Positions 1-8,638 of a DNA stretch of 64,000 nucleotides are shown one piece after another. The notes beneath the pieces were generated by a model. That model was not told the DNA's origin. It made no database searches and worked only from the letters and a program-made list of their open reading frames with translations. Both the position numbers and the translations under genes were made by a program. The stretch's first letter is position 1. The number at the start of each line of letters is the position of its first letter. Source of the stretch: Candidatus Omnitrophota bacterium (GTDB taxonomy: Bacteria > Omnitrophota > Gorgyraeia > Duberdicusellales > 4484-171); NCBI GenBank assembly GCA_021735655.1, contig JAIPGM010000003.1, positions 160,001-224,000 of the forward strand. Reading direction: 5' to 3'.

Positions 1-887
1 CTCTGATGGCTTCGGGGTAGTTTTTTAGTTTTCCGTAGGCTGCCCCGAGATTAATATAAGATTTTACAAACGAAGGATCCTGCTTAATTGCTTCTTCAAA
101 GTATTCAGCGGCTAGATCAAAATTATTTAGGTAAGCATAGATCACACCTAGTCGATAATGAGCCTGAGGGTTGTTAGGATTAAGCGAAATACTTTGTTGC
201 AGGCAGTCAATTGCCTTTTCGGTTTCATTATTTTTAAAATGAGCTGAAGCCTTCCTTAGGAGATTCATTGCTTCTAGGGTTTTATGGCTTTGGGGAGTTT
301 GAGAATCTTTTGATATTGCATCCAGATCTTTGGCATATATAGTTTTGGTTATTGTTTGAGGGTCGATTTCTTCACTTTCGGTAATTTCTTGAGGCTCTGG
401 CTTTCGGAGAATATTTTGCTGGGCTAGACTTAAACCATTAAGGGCTTCTTTTAAGCCGGGCTTTAATTCTAGGCATTGAGAAAAATAATCAACCGCTTCT
501 TGGTAGTTTTCTTTTTGATAGGCGCATAGCCCGAGATTATAGAAGATAATATATTTTTTCGGATAGTTTTCTTTAGCTAGCTTTTTTGCTTGGCTGAGTT
601 CCTCTTGAGCTTGATTATACTCGTAGCGATTGATATGGATAATGGCGAGATTGATATAACTTTCGGGAAATTCCGGAAAGAGGAATTTAGCCTTTTCAAA
701 TTCAAATTTAGCATCAGAATATTTTTTGTTTTCAAGTAATTCTAATCCGACAGCAATATTTCGGTCGTAAAGGTATTTAAGTGGTGGCTCTTGTTCATTT
801 TCTTCCAGGAAATCAAAGGCATAAGCAAGAGGGATATTTAATGCAAATAGAAATAATATGGCAAGGAGTAAAGACCTTATTTTCATT
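1..887 (-). CDS. Secreted TPR-repeat protein, 3' partial (runs off the window start)
   Basis: Reverse-strand ORF starting at the ATG whose complement is at 885-887. It has an N-terminal signal-like segment (MKIRSLLLAILFLFALNIPLAYA), then repeated TPR-like A/Y/L-rich helices. It is absent from the ORF track because it is truncated by the window edge. Confidence 0.55.
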
Positions 888-949
888 GATTCTATTCTAA
901 TACAGAATGTTTTGTTTTTCAACTAATAAAGGAACTTTAATTTCTTGAG

Positions 950-2887
950 CTATAGATCTTGGCGTAATTGATTTTCGGCGTTAACGATATCGCGATTTAC
1001 TTTTTTCAAAGTCTGCGATATTTTTATCGCTAGTTGAGGGTTGATTATGTTTGATGAGCGTATTTCCCGCAAGACCTGAATCCCCATTCTGAAATAACGT
1101 ACTAGTTCACCTTCGTCAACAAAACATTGTTTATGTGTGTTGATGAAGCTTTGCCCTTGATACCACATTTTTGAGGCTTGACCTAGGTGGAAGAAGAACT
1201 TTTTGCTTAAAGGGTATATTCTAAAAAGACGTTCTTTTTTGTGAATATTTTTTATGAACTTATTTAGGCTTTGTTTAGTAGCTTTCATTTTTTTGCTTAG
1301 CTTAGGCCTGATTTCACCTTTTCGCGGCTCATAAACTAGAGCGATTATCAGAATAAATAGGCTTTCTGAATCAAGCGAATCAAGAAAGCCCCCCTCAAAC
1401 AGTTCACCGATAGTGAGTTCAAAACTGTATACTCGGGCTGCTAGTTCTCCTTTTTGGCTTAAACTATTACCAGTGATATAGTTTAAGTCTTTGAGAAGTT
1501 TTATTTTTCTTTTGAACAGGTCCAGAGTTTCTTTTTTCTCCCAAGATTTGCTTTGGTAACAGTGGAAGCTTTTAGGGTAGATATCATAGATTCGATCGCC
1601 CATTATTTGATATAGATTAAGAATTGTTGCATAGCGGGAGTTAAGTTGACTTTTTATCGGCTCATAGTTTCCGTAGATGATGCTTTCTAGGCTTCGGCCA
1701 TCAATATGAGATGGGTTTATTCTTGAAAAGACAAATCCTTCTTGGTCAATTCCCCGCCGACCGGCTCGTCCAGCCATTTGATAAAAGTCACGAGTTTTAA
1801 GGTAACCATGGTAATGGCCGTAGAATTTACTCATAGTGTCAAAGACAACTGTTTTTGCTGGCATGTTTACCCCAAGAGCAAAAGTTTCGGTGGTAAAGAT
1901 TAGCTTTATTAGACCGGTAGTAAAGAGACGTTCGATAAGTTCTTTTAAGGTTGGCAGTAGCCCAGCATGGTGATAGGCAATGCCTTTTTTGATCAAGGGT
2001 ATTAAGAAATTTATATGCGGAGATGAATCGATGTTAAATTTTTTAACCAACTGGTCAAAAAGGTTTATTATTTTAGTTTTTTCATCAAGGGTGAGAAAAT
2101 CAAAGTAGCTTACCTCTTGAGCTAATTCTTCACAGCGACGCCGTGAGAAGGAAAAATAAACACAAGGTTGAGCTTTTTTCTGGCTAATGGCGGTAATAAG
2201 TGTTTTTATTCGGTTCGGCTTAGAAAATACGTAGCGTTCTTGGTAGGAGGGATTTTTTAAGTTTTTGCGCAAGTGCGGTGATTTTTTCAGACTTGAGAAA
2301 TCGTAAAATATTTCATTATTGCATTGAAAGAAAAAATGGAGCGGTACTGGCCTATTTTCTTCAATAATTGTCTTAAGTTGAAAGGAATGAACTTTTTGCA
2401 GCCAGCCGGTAAACTGTTTAATGTTAGGAATCGTTGCGCTCAGAGCTAATATTTTCATCTGTGGCGGTAGGAGGATTATTGCTTCCTCCCAGACAGTCCC
2501 TCGTTCAATATCATCAAGATAATGGATTTCGTCAAAAATAATCCATTCTCGGTGTTCAAATTCATGAGGGTTTACCAGAATAGCGTTGCGGAATATCTCA
2601 GTGGTCATAATTAAAATCGGGGCTTGGCGGTTGATACTTACGTCGCCGGTTAGGATGCCAACTTGTTCGGGGTATTTTTTAGAAAAGTCTCGGAATTTTT
2701 GATTACTGAGAGCTTTGATTGGAGCGGTATAGATTATACCTTTTTTTTTCTTTAGTGAGTCTTCAATAATGTATTCAGCAATTAAGGTTTTGCCAGCCCC
2801 GGTGGGTGCACTGACAATTACTGAATTGTTATTTCGGGAAGCCTCAATAGCTTGGTTTTGAAATTTGTCGAGCTTGAAAGGTTTCAT
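950..2887 (-). CDS. Superfamily-2 DEAD/DEAH-box (Ski2/Lhr-like) ATP-dependent helicase
   Basis: 645 aa. Walker A motif APTGAGKT, motif II DEIH, motif III SAT, motif VI QMAGRAGRRG. Confidence 0.75.
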   Translation of the reverse strand: MKPFKLDKFQNQAIEASRNNNSVIVSAPTGAGKTLIAEYIIEDSLKKKKGIIYTAPIKALSNQKFRDFSKKYPEQVGILTGDVSINRQAPILIMTTEIFRNAILVNPHEFEHREWIIFDEIHYLDDIERGTVWEEAIILLPPQMKILALSATIPNIKQFTGWLQKVHSFQLKTIIEENRPVPLHFFFQCNNEIFYDFSSLKKSPHLRKNLKNPSYQERYVFSKPNRIKTLITAISQKKAQPCVYFSFSRRRCEELAQEVSYFDFLTLDEKTKIINLFDQLVKKFNIDSSPHINFLIPLIKKGIAYHHAGLLPTLKELIERLFTTGLIKLIFTTETFALGVNMPAKTVVFDTMSKFYGHYHGYLKTRDFYQMAGRAGRRGIDQEGFVFSRINPSHIDGRSLESIIYGNYEPIKSQLNSRYATILNLYQIMGDRIYDIYPKSFHCYQSKSWEKKETLDLFKRKIKLLKDLNYITGNSLSQKGELAARVYSFELTIGELFEGGFLDSLDSESLFILIIALVYEPRKGEIRPKLSKKMKATKQSLNKFIKNIHKKERLFRIYPLSKKFFFHLGQASKMWYQGQSFINTHKQCFVDEGELVRYFRMGIQVLREIRSSNIINPQLAIKISQTLKKVNRDIVNAENQLRQDL

Positions 2888-2895
2888 TTAAAAAT

Positions 2896-2971
2896 TGGTG
2901 GAGCCGGAGGGATTTGAACCCTCGACCTCAACACTGCCAGTGTTGCGTGCTCCCAACTGCACCACGGCCCC
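2896..2971 (-). tRNA. tRNA-Ala (anticodon GGC)
   Basis: The reverse complement folds as a cloverleaf: acceptor GGGGCCG/CGGCTCC with the G3:U70 Ala identity pair, anticodon loop CTGGCAG, T-loop TTCAAAT. A CCA is encoded at the 3' end. Confidence 0.85.
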
Positions 2972-2994
2972 AAGATCGCTGTAATTTATAAAGA

Positions 2995-3052
2995 ATATTA
3001 TCATTTAGCTGGCAAATTGTCAATTGACAAAGAAATTGGGGGGTGTTATGAT
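2995..3052. promoter_or_regulatory. Bidirectional sigma70-type promoter serving the divergent tRNA-Ala and tRNA-Leu genes
   Basis: Plus strand: TTGACA (3024-3029), 17-nt spacer, TATGAT (3047-3052), 22 nt before the tRNA-Leu 5' end. Minus strand: TTGACA (3023-3018), 17-nt spacer, TAATAT (3000-2995), 23 nt before the tRNA-Ala 5' end. Both -35 hexamers lie inside the perfect palindrome TTGTCAATTGACAA (3017-3030). Confidence 0.6.
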
Positions 3053-3074
3053 TTTTTATCTGTATTTTGTTTTA

Positions 3075-3158
3075 GCCGGAGTGGCGGAATTGGCAGACGC
3101 GCGGGATTCAAAATCCCGTCCTGGCGACAGGGTGTGGGTTCAAGTCCCTCCTCCGGCA
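3075..3158 (+). tRNA. tRNA-Leu (anticodon CAA)
   Basis: Acceptor GCCGGAG/CTCCGGC, anticodon stem CGGGA/TCCCG with loop TTCAAAA, long variable arm, T-loop GGTTCAAGTCC. The 61-aa track ORF 3017..3202 overlaps it and is spurious. Confidence 0.85.
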
Positions 3159-3189
3159 TATGTAAAATAATCAGAGGAGCAAGAGCTAG

Positions 3190-4038
3190 TTGCTTAGATT
3201 AGGTGTTCACGTATCAATTGCCGGTAAGATCTATAAGTCTGTAGATAGGGCAGCGGAATTAGGTTGCAACACCATGCAGATTTTTTCCCGTAGCCCCCGA
3301 CAATGGCGCAAAACCGATATTAGTCAGGAAGATGCTGATATATTTAAAAAAAGAGCAAAGGAAAAAAATATCAGCCCAATCGTTGTTCATATACCTTATA
3401 CGCTTAACTTAGCTTCTTGCCGACAATCATTTCATAAAATTACGATAAAAGATTTTATCGCTGATCTTCTTGAAGTTGATAAATTAGGGGCCGATTATCT
3501 TGTAACTCATATGGGTTCATATAAGGGTGGAACCGAACTCGGTGGCCTTTCACGCATAGTTAATGCTTTGAAGAAAATACTTAAAGAGACTAAAGGGGTT
3601 AAAACTATGGTTCTTCTTGAAAATACTTCAGGCTCTGGTAGTTGGCTAGGCTATAAATTTTCTCATCAAAAGTTTATCTTTGATGAACTTAGTCATACCA
3701 AGCGTGTTGGCTTGTGTCTAGATACTGCTCATGCCTGGGCTGCTGGATATAAAATAAACGATGCTGTTGGCCTTAGTGGATTATTGAGGGAGATTGACCG
3801 GGAAGTTGGCCTTGAGCGAGTAAAAGTAATTCATATTAATGATACCTTAGAAGAATTAGATTCACGTCACGATCGTCATTTTGCAATCGGTGAGGGAAAA
3901 ATCGGTAAAAGGGGATTTAGTTTGATACTAAATCATCCTAAGTTGAAAGATATTCCGTTTATCTTAGAGACTCCGAGGAAAGATGAAGGTGATGATCAGA
4001 AAAATATAAAGATGGTGCGGCAATTGTATAAAGGTTAG
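3190..4038 (+). CDS. nfo: Endonuclease IV (AP endonuclease family 2)
   Basis: 282 aa with a TTG start. Nfo-type TIM-barrel signature: LGVHVSIAG, HIPYTLNLAS, and conserved His/Asp/Glu metal ligands toward the C-terminus. Confidence 0.8.
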   Translation: MLRLGVHVSIAGKIYKSVDRAAELGCNTMQIFSRSPRQWRKTDISQEDADIFKKRAKEKNISPIVVHIPYTLNLASCRQSFHKITIKDFIADLLEVDKLGADYLVTHMGSYKGGTELGGLSRIVNALKKILKETKGVKTMVLLENTSGSGSWLGYKFSHQKFIFDELSHTKRVGLCLDTAHAWAAGYKINDAVGLSGLLREIDREVGLERVKVIHINDTLEELDSRHDRHFAIGEGKIGKRGFSLILNHPKLKDIPFILETPRKDEGDDQKNIKMVRQLYKG

Positions 4039-4057
4039 TTATAAGAGGTTTAGTTAT

Positions 4058-6511
4058 ATGAATTACAATAAGAAGATTGATAAAAAATGGCAAAATAAAT
4101 GGATAAAGCAGGGAATTTTTTCTGTAGATAATAAAGACTCAGCAAAACCTAAATATTACTGCCTGGTAATGTTTCCTTATCCATCGAGTGAACTCCATGT
4201 TGGTCATGCCCGAAACTATGTAATTGGCGACGCTGTTGGTCGCTATAAAAGAATGCAGGGGCTTGGTGTTCTTTCTCCGATGGGTTGGGATGCTTTTGGG
4301 CTGCCGGCTGAGAATCAGGCAATTAAACATAAGATTCATCCCAAGACCTGGACTTTTAAAAATATTAAGCGGATAAAGGAGCAATTGGCAAGTTGGGGGG
4401 TAGGCTATGATTGGCCACGAGAAATCGCAACTTGTGATCCGGAATATTATAAGTGGACCCAGTGGCTTTTTTTGAGGTTATATAAAAAAGGTTTAGCCTA
4501 TCGCAAAGAAGCCCCGGTTAACTGGTGCGAATCTTGTAAAACCGTTTTAGCTAATGAACAGGTAACTAACGGAAAGTGTGAGCGTTGTTCAAATGAGGTT
4601 AACCAGAAAAATTTAGAGCAATGGTTTTTTAAAATTACTGACTATGCTGACCGTCTTTTAGATGATTTAAAACTTTTAGAACAGTGGCCGGAGCGGGTAA
4701 GAACGATGCAGGATAACTGGATTGGTAAGTCTTTCGGTGCTGAGATTAACTTTCCGGTTGAAAATTCAGAACTTAAGTTTAACTGTTTTACTACTCGAGC
4801 CGACACTATCTTTGGGGCAACTTTTTTGGGTTTAAGTTGGGGCCATCCTTATGTGGTTGAGTTAATAAAAGATCTTGCCAATAAAGACGAGATTGAAGCT
4901 TTTATTGAAAAGGTAAAAAAGCAACCTCAGTCAGCTCGTCTAATAGATAATTTTGAAAAGGAAGGAGTTTTTACCGGAAAGTTCGCAATTAATCCGATGA
5001 CCGGTGAAAAGATACCGATTTGGATTGCTAATTATATTCTTTCCGGATATGGAACCGGAGCAATCATGTGCGTTCCGGCTCATGATTCAAGAGACTTGGA
5101 ATTTGCTAAGAAGTATAGCCTACCGATTGTTGAAGTCATTGAAGCCGAAGATAAACAAAAGCGCCTTAGCATAAGCCAAGAAGCTTACGAAGGGGAAGGG
5201 TCTTTAATTAATTCGGGAAAGTTTGATCGCCTAGGCTCGGAAGAAGCTAAAGAGCAAATCGTTGATTTTATGGAAAATAACAATATTGGGAAAAGGTCGG
5301 TTAATTATAAGCTTAGGGATTGGCTGGTGTCGCGTCAGCGTTATTGGGGGGCACCGATTCCGATTATTTATTGTGAGGCTTGCGGTGAGGTTGCAGTGGA
5401 GGATAAAGATTTACCGGTTCTTTTACCGGAAGTAAAAGAGTTCTTACCTACTGGGCAATCTCCTTTAACTTATATTGATAAGTTTATTAAGGTTAAATGT
5501 CCTAAATGTGGTAAGCCAGCTCGTAGGGAAACCGATACCATGGATACCTTTGTGGATTCTAGTTGGTACTATTTACGTTACATATCGCCTAAAGAGAAAA
5601 AAACAGCTTTTGTAAGTAATGATGTAAATAAGTGGCTACCGGTAGATCAATATATCGGAGGGGTAGAGCATGCAATTTTACATTTGATGTATTCGCGTTT
5701 TATTAATAAGTTTCTTCAAGATGAGGGGCTGATAGATTTTTCTGAGCCATTTAAGCGTTTGTTTACTCAAGGCATGATTGTGAAAGATGGCAATAAGATG
5801 TCTAAGTCCAAGGGTAATGTGGTTGCTCCTGATTATATTATTGATAAGTACGGAGCCGATACCATGCGGCTTTACATTCTTTTTATCGGCCCGCCGGAGA
5901 AAGATGCCGAATGGCAGGATGAGGGATTGCTCGGCGCTTGGCGGTTCATTCAAAGGTCATTAAAGTTGGTTGATATGTTTAAGGAGTGTTCAAAAGAAGA
6001 TAACCATGAGCCAAATAATCAAGAAAAGGCTTTACTCAGAAAAGTACATTCAACGATTAAAGAAGTTACCAAGGACTTAGAGGGAAATTTTCAATTTAAT
6101 ACGGCTATTTCAAAAATTATGGAGTTAGTGAACCAGGCCTATAAGGGTATTAGCGAGGCAGCCTTAAGTAAGGATATTTTAAGGCAAACTGTTGATACGG
6201 TGTTTTTGCTTTTATCTCCTTTTACTCCGCACATCAGTGAAGAGGTTAATGAAATTCTTGGCAATAAAGAGTCTGTTTTGAAGCGTTCTTGGCCGGTAGT
6301 CAAAGAAGAGTATTTAAAGCAAGCTGAGGTTGAGATCGCAGTTTCAATAAATGGTAAGGTGAAGGATAGATTAAAGATAGATGTTAATTGGTCTAAGGAA
6401 GAAGTTGAAGTTAAAGCCTTAGCCTTAGAGAAGATAAAAAAATCACTACAAGAAAAACCGCCCAAGAAAGTCGTCTACATCGATAAGAGAATTGTTAATA
6501 TTGTGGTTTAA
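4058..6511 (+). CDS. leuS: Leucyl-tRNA synthetase
   Basis: 817 aa. HIGH motif (HVGHARNY) and KMSKS motif (KMSKSKGN). Class I LeuS architecture. Confidence 0.95.
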   Translation: MNYNKKIDKKWQNKWIKQGIFSVDNKDSAKPKYYCLVMFPYPSSELHVGHARNYVIGDAVGRYKRMQGLGVLSPMGWDAFGLPAENQAIKHKIHPKTWTFKNIKRIKEQLASWGVGYDWPREIATCDPEYYKWTQWLFLRLYKKGLAYRKEAPVNWCESCKTVLANEQVTNGKCERCSNEVNQKNLEQWFFKITDYADRLLDDLKLLEQWPERVRTMQDNWIGKSFGAEINFPVENSELKFNCFTTRADTIFGATFLGLSWGHPYVVELIKDLANKDEIEAFIEKVKKQPQSARLIDNFEKEGVFTGKFAINPMTGEKIPIWIANYILSGYGTGAIMCVPAHDSRDLEFAKKYSLPIVEVIEAEDKQKRLSISQEAYEGEGSLINSGKFDRLGSEEAKEQIVDFMENNNIGKRSVNYKLRDWLVSRQRYWGAPIPIIYCEACGEVAVEDKDLPVLLPEVKEFLPTGQSPLTYIDKFIKVKCPKCGKPARRETDTMDTFVDSSWYYLRYISPKEKKTAFVSNDVNKWLPVDQYIGGVEHAILHLMYSRFINKFLQDEGLIDFSEPFKRLFTQGMIVKDGNKMSKSKGNVVAPDYIIDKYGADTMRLYILFIGPPEKDAEWQDEGLLGAWRFIQRSLKLVDMFKECSKEDNHEPNNQEKALLRKVHSTIKEVTKDLEGNFQFNTAISKIMELVNQAYKGISEAALSKDILRQTVDTVFLLLSPFTPHISEEVNEILGNKESVLKRSWPVVKEEYLKQAEVEIAVSINGKVKDRLKIDVNWSKEEVEVKALALEKIKKSLQEKPPKKVVYIDKRIVNIVV

Positions 6512-6716
6512 CTTTTCTTTGATGACAAAATCACCATATTATACGAACTTCGTATTTGCTGCTATTATGGACATTTTACGAAACAATATTATAAGGAAAA
6601 ACCTTATAATTGGTTATATTATTATGATAAAATGGCAACAATAGAATAAATAATTTAAGCAATTAGGTAGTTCGTCTGTTAATTGTTAGATATAAAATAA
6701 AGAAATGAGGAGAAAA

Positions 6717-7310
6717 ATGAAAAAAGTATTTACCTTGATCGAACTAATTGTAGTCATCGCTATCATCGCAATTTTAGCTGCTATCATTGCTCCCAATGCC
6801 TTTAAGGCCATTGAAAAAGCGAAGGTATCTGAAGCAATTGGAGATTTTAAAGCATATAAAACCGCGGCCTATAGTTTATATGCTGATACTGGTAAATGGG
6901 TTATGGAGGGTGCGGGTATTGAGTCTACTCCTGCTGGTGTATGTTGTTTTTTATTCTTGGAATCCGATAATAATGATTTATCTGTAGACCTTACTGGCTG
7001 GGTTGGTTGGGATGGACCATACATTGAGAAAATTAAATCAGAGCACCCTTGGGGAGGTTGGTATGCTTTTCAAAGTTGGGACGCTGGTAGAGGCCCAGAG
7101 GTAGATATGTGGGTTGATTTCGAAGATGATTGTTATCAAATTCCTAAAGATTGGGGAAACGGTGGCTGTCCTGTGCCATTAAAGGCTCAACTGAAAATTG
7201 ACAGCATGGTTGATGACGGGGATCTTACGAATGGAAGTATCTTAGATGGCCCATCTACAAATCAGGTAGAAGGCGATCTAAGTTGGATTTTGGTTTGGGA
7301 TGCTTTATAG
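6717..7310 (+). CDS. Type IV pilin / pseudopilin-like protein (prepilin-type N-terminal methylation domain), paralogue 1
   Basis: GAGGAG RBS 5 nt upstream of the ATG at 6717; the track's ATG at 6705 lies inside the RBS. N-terminus MKKVFTLIELIVVIAIIAILAAIIAPNAF is a class III signal, with Glu5 present and V at -1. Shares GWDGPY and DDGDL motifs with the paralogue at 45881. Confidence 0.8.
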   Translation: MKKVFTLIELIVVIAIIAILAAIIAPNAFKAIEKAKVSEAIGDFKAYKTAAYSLYADTGKWVMEGAGIESTPAGVCCFLFLESDNNDLSVDLTGWVGWDGPYIEKIKSEHPWGGWYAFQSWDAGRGPEVDMWVDFEDDCYQIPKDWGNGGCPVPLKAQLKIDSMVDDGDLTNGSILDGPSTNQVEGDLSWILVWDAL

Positions 7311-7369
7311 TTTCAACCAAATGGAGACAGAGTTGATAGTTTTCTGATAAAATTATCTAACAAGTTGAT

Positions 7370-7402
7370 CCACCTGGGCGTCTCAGTAGGTGGATATTTT
7401 TG
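7370..7402 (+). terminator. Putative rho-independent terminator after pilin gene 1
   Basis: CCACCT (7370-7375), 12-nt loop, AGGTGG (7388-7393), followed by the T-rich ATATTTTTGCG. Confidence 0.45.
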
Positions 7403-7447
7403 CGTTATGAATATAAAAATTAACAAAAAGCAAGAAAGGAGGTAGTT

Positions 7448-7840
7448 ATGGATCAATCAAACGTATCATCAGGACAAGTTGGGGGTCAGAAAGAATCGCA
7501 GCACAATATCAGCATCCCAGTGTATCTTATTTTAACTCTTCTGTCTTGTGGGTTCTTCAATATTTATTGGAATTATCGACAGATGGAGGCTTGTAATGAT
7601 TTGTTAGGCAAGAAAGAGTTTGATTTTTGGCTTTGGTTTCTTCTTACGATTGTTACTTGCGGGATTTATCATATTTTTTATCAATACAAAATGGGATCAG
7701 CTATCGTTGAGATTCAACACAATAAAAATAAGGTCGTATTTGATAACTTGCCGATTATCAGTGTGCTGGTAACTATTTTTGGTATGACCGTAATAGTTGA
7801 TTGCATACATCAAAGTGAGATCAATAAGATAGTTAGCTAA
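7448..7840 (+). CDS. Small membrane protein, DUF4234-like
   Basis: 130 aa with two hydrophobic helices and conserved CG(F/I)YxI(F)YW-type motifs (CGFFNIYWNY, CGIYHIFYQY). The assignment rests on my recollection of this motif and needs HMM confirmation. Confidence 0.4.
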   Translation: MDQSNVSSGQVGGQKESQHNISIPVYLILTLLSCGFFNIYWNYRQMEACNDLLGKKEFDFWLWFLLTIVTCGIYHIFYQYKMGSAIVEIQHNKNKVVFDNLPIISVLVTIFGMTVIVDCIHQSEINKIVS

Positions 7841-7848
7841 TTAATAAG

Positions 7849-8235
7849 ATGCAGAGCAAGACCCAGGCGTCTAGATATGTTCTCCGGGCGCTCATTGGTT
7901 CTATTTTTTTGATCGTTGTTCTTTCTGGTGTTTGTTTTTTCTTTTTTGGAATAGACCTCAAAGAACATCTTTCGTATTTGCCTTTGTGCCCTTTTCGGGC
8001 GATTACCAAAATTCCTTGTCCCGGTTGCGGCATGACTCATGCTTTTTTGGACATCGGACAATTTAAAATTAAAGAGGCGATCACCTACAATCCTTTTTCA
8101 GTACCTTTATTTTGTTTAATGGCAATTTACTTATTCTTTGGGCGTATTCCTTTATGGCTGAAACATAAGCGTTTAGTTTATTTAGCAGTAGTTAGCGTTT
8201 TAGTGGTTTGGGTATTAGGTTTGGTAGCAAGCTAA
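7849..8235 (+). CDS. Membrane protein, DUF2752-like (CPxCG motif)
   Basis: 128 aa. N-terminal TM helix, then CPFRAITKIPCPGCGMTHAF, then two more TM helices. DUF2752 is often found beside DUF4234 genes. Confidence 0.45.
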   Translation: MQSKTQASRYVLRALIGSIFLIVVLSGVCFFFFGIDLKEHLSYLPLCPFRAITKIPCPGCGMTHAFLDIGQFKIKEAITYNPFSVPLFCLMAIYLFFGRIPLWLKHKRLVYLAVVSVLVVWVLGLVAS

Positions 8236-8274
8236 AGGTTTAGTCAATCCAATTTAATTTATTTAGCAATAACT

Positions 8275-8625
8275 ATGTTTTGCCTTACTCCTCAAGAAAG
8301 AAAGGTTATTTTTTTAATCGCTGGTTTGATTTTGTTGGGTGGTATTTTAAGATTTTTAAATACTGACAAAATAAATAAAATATTTTTAGAGAATGCCAGT
8401 AAAACTTCTGCTGAGGAAGCTAGTGGTCGGCAAATACTGATCAATATTAATAAGGCTGACAGAGGACAACTTGAGCTTTTGCCGGGTATTGGTACGGTAA
8501 CCGCAGAAAGAATTATTAATTACCGTTCTGATTACGGTATTTTTAAAAGTTTCGAAGATTTAGAAAAAGTTAAAGGAATCGGAAGCGAAAAGGCTAAAAA
8601 TTTGGCCGAGTTAATTGTTTTTTAA
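8275..8625 (+). CDS. comEA: Competence protein ComEA (helix-hairpin-helix DNA-binding)
   Basis: 116 aa. N-terminal TM helix and C-terminal HhH repeats (LELLPGIGTVTAERII and LEKVKGIGSEKAKNL). Confidence 0.8.
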   Translation: MFCLTPQERKVIFLIAGLILLGGILRFLNTDKINKIFLENASKTSAEEASGRQILININKADRGQLELLPGIGTVTAERIINYRSDYGIFKSFEDLEKVKGIGSEKAKNLAELIVF

Positions 8626-8638
8626 GAGTTAAGTCATT

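Noticed and set aside
3017-3202. 61-aa ORF in the six-frame track
   Set aside because: It entirely overlaps tRNA-Leu(CAA) and its promoter, so it is not a gene.
4139-6465. Small antisense ORFs inside leuS (4139..4384, 5678..5953, 6139..6465)
   Set aside because: They are fully embedded in a confidently identified gene, with no RBS or conservation signal.
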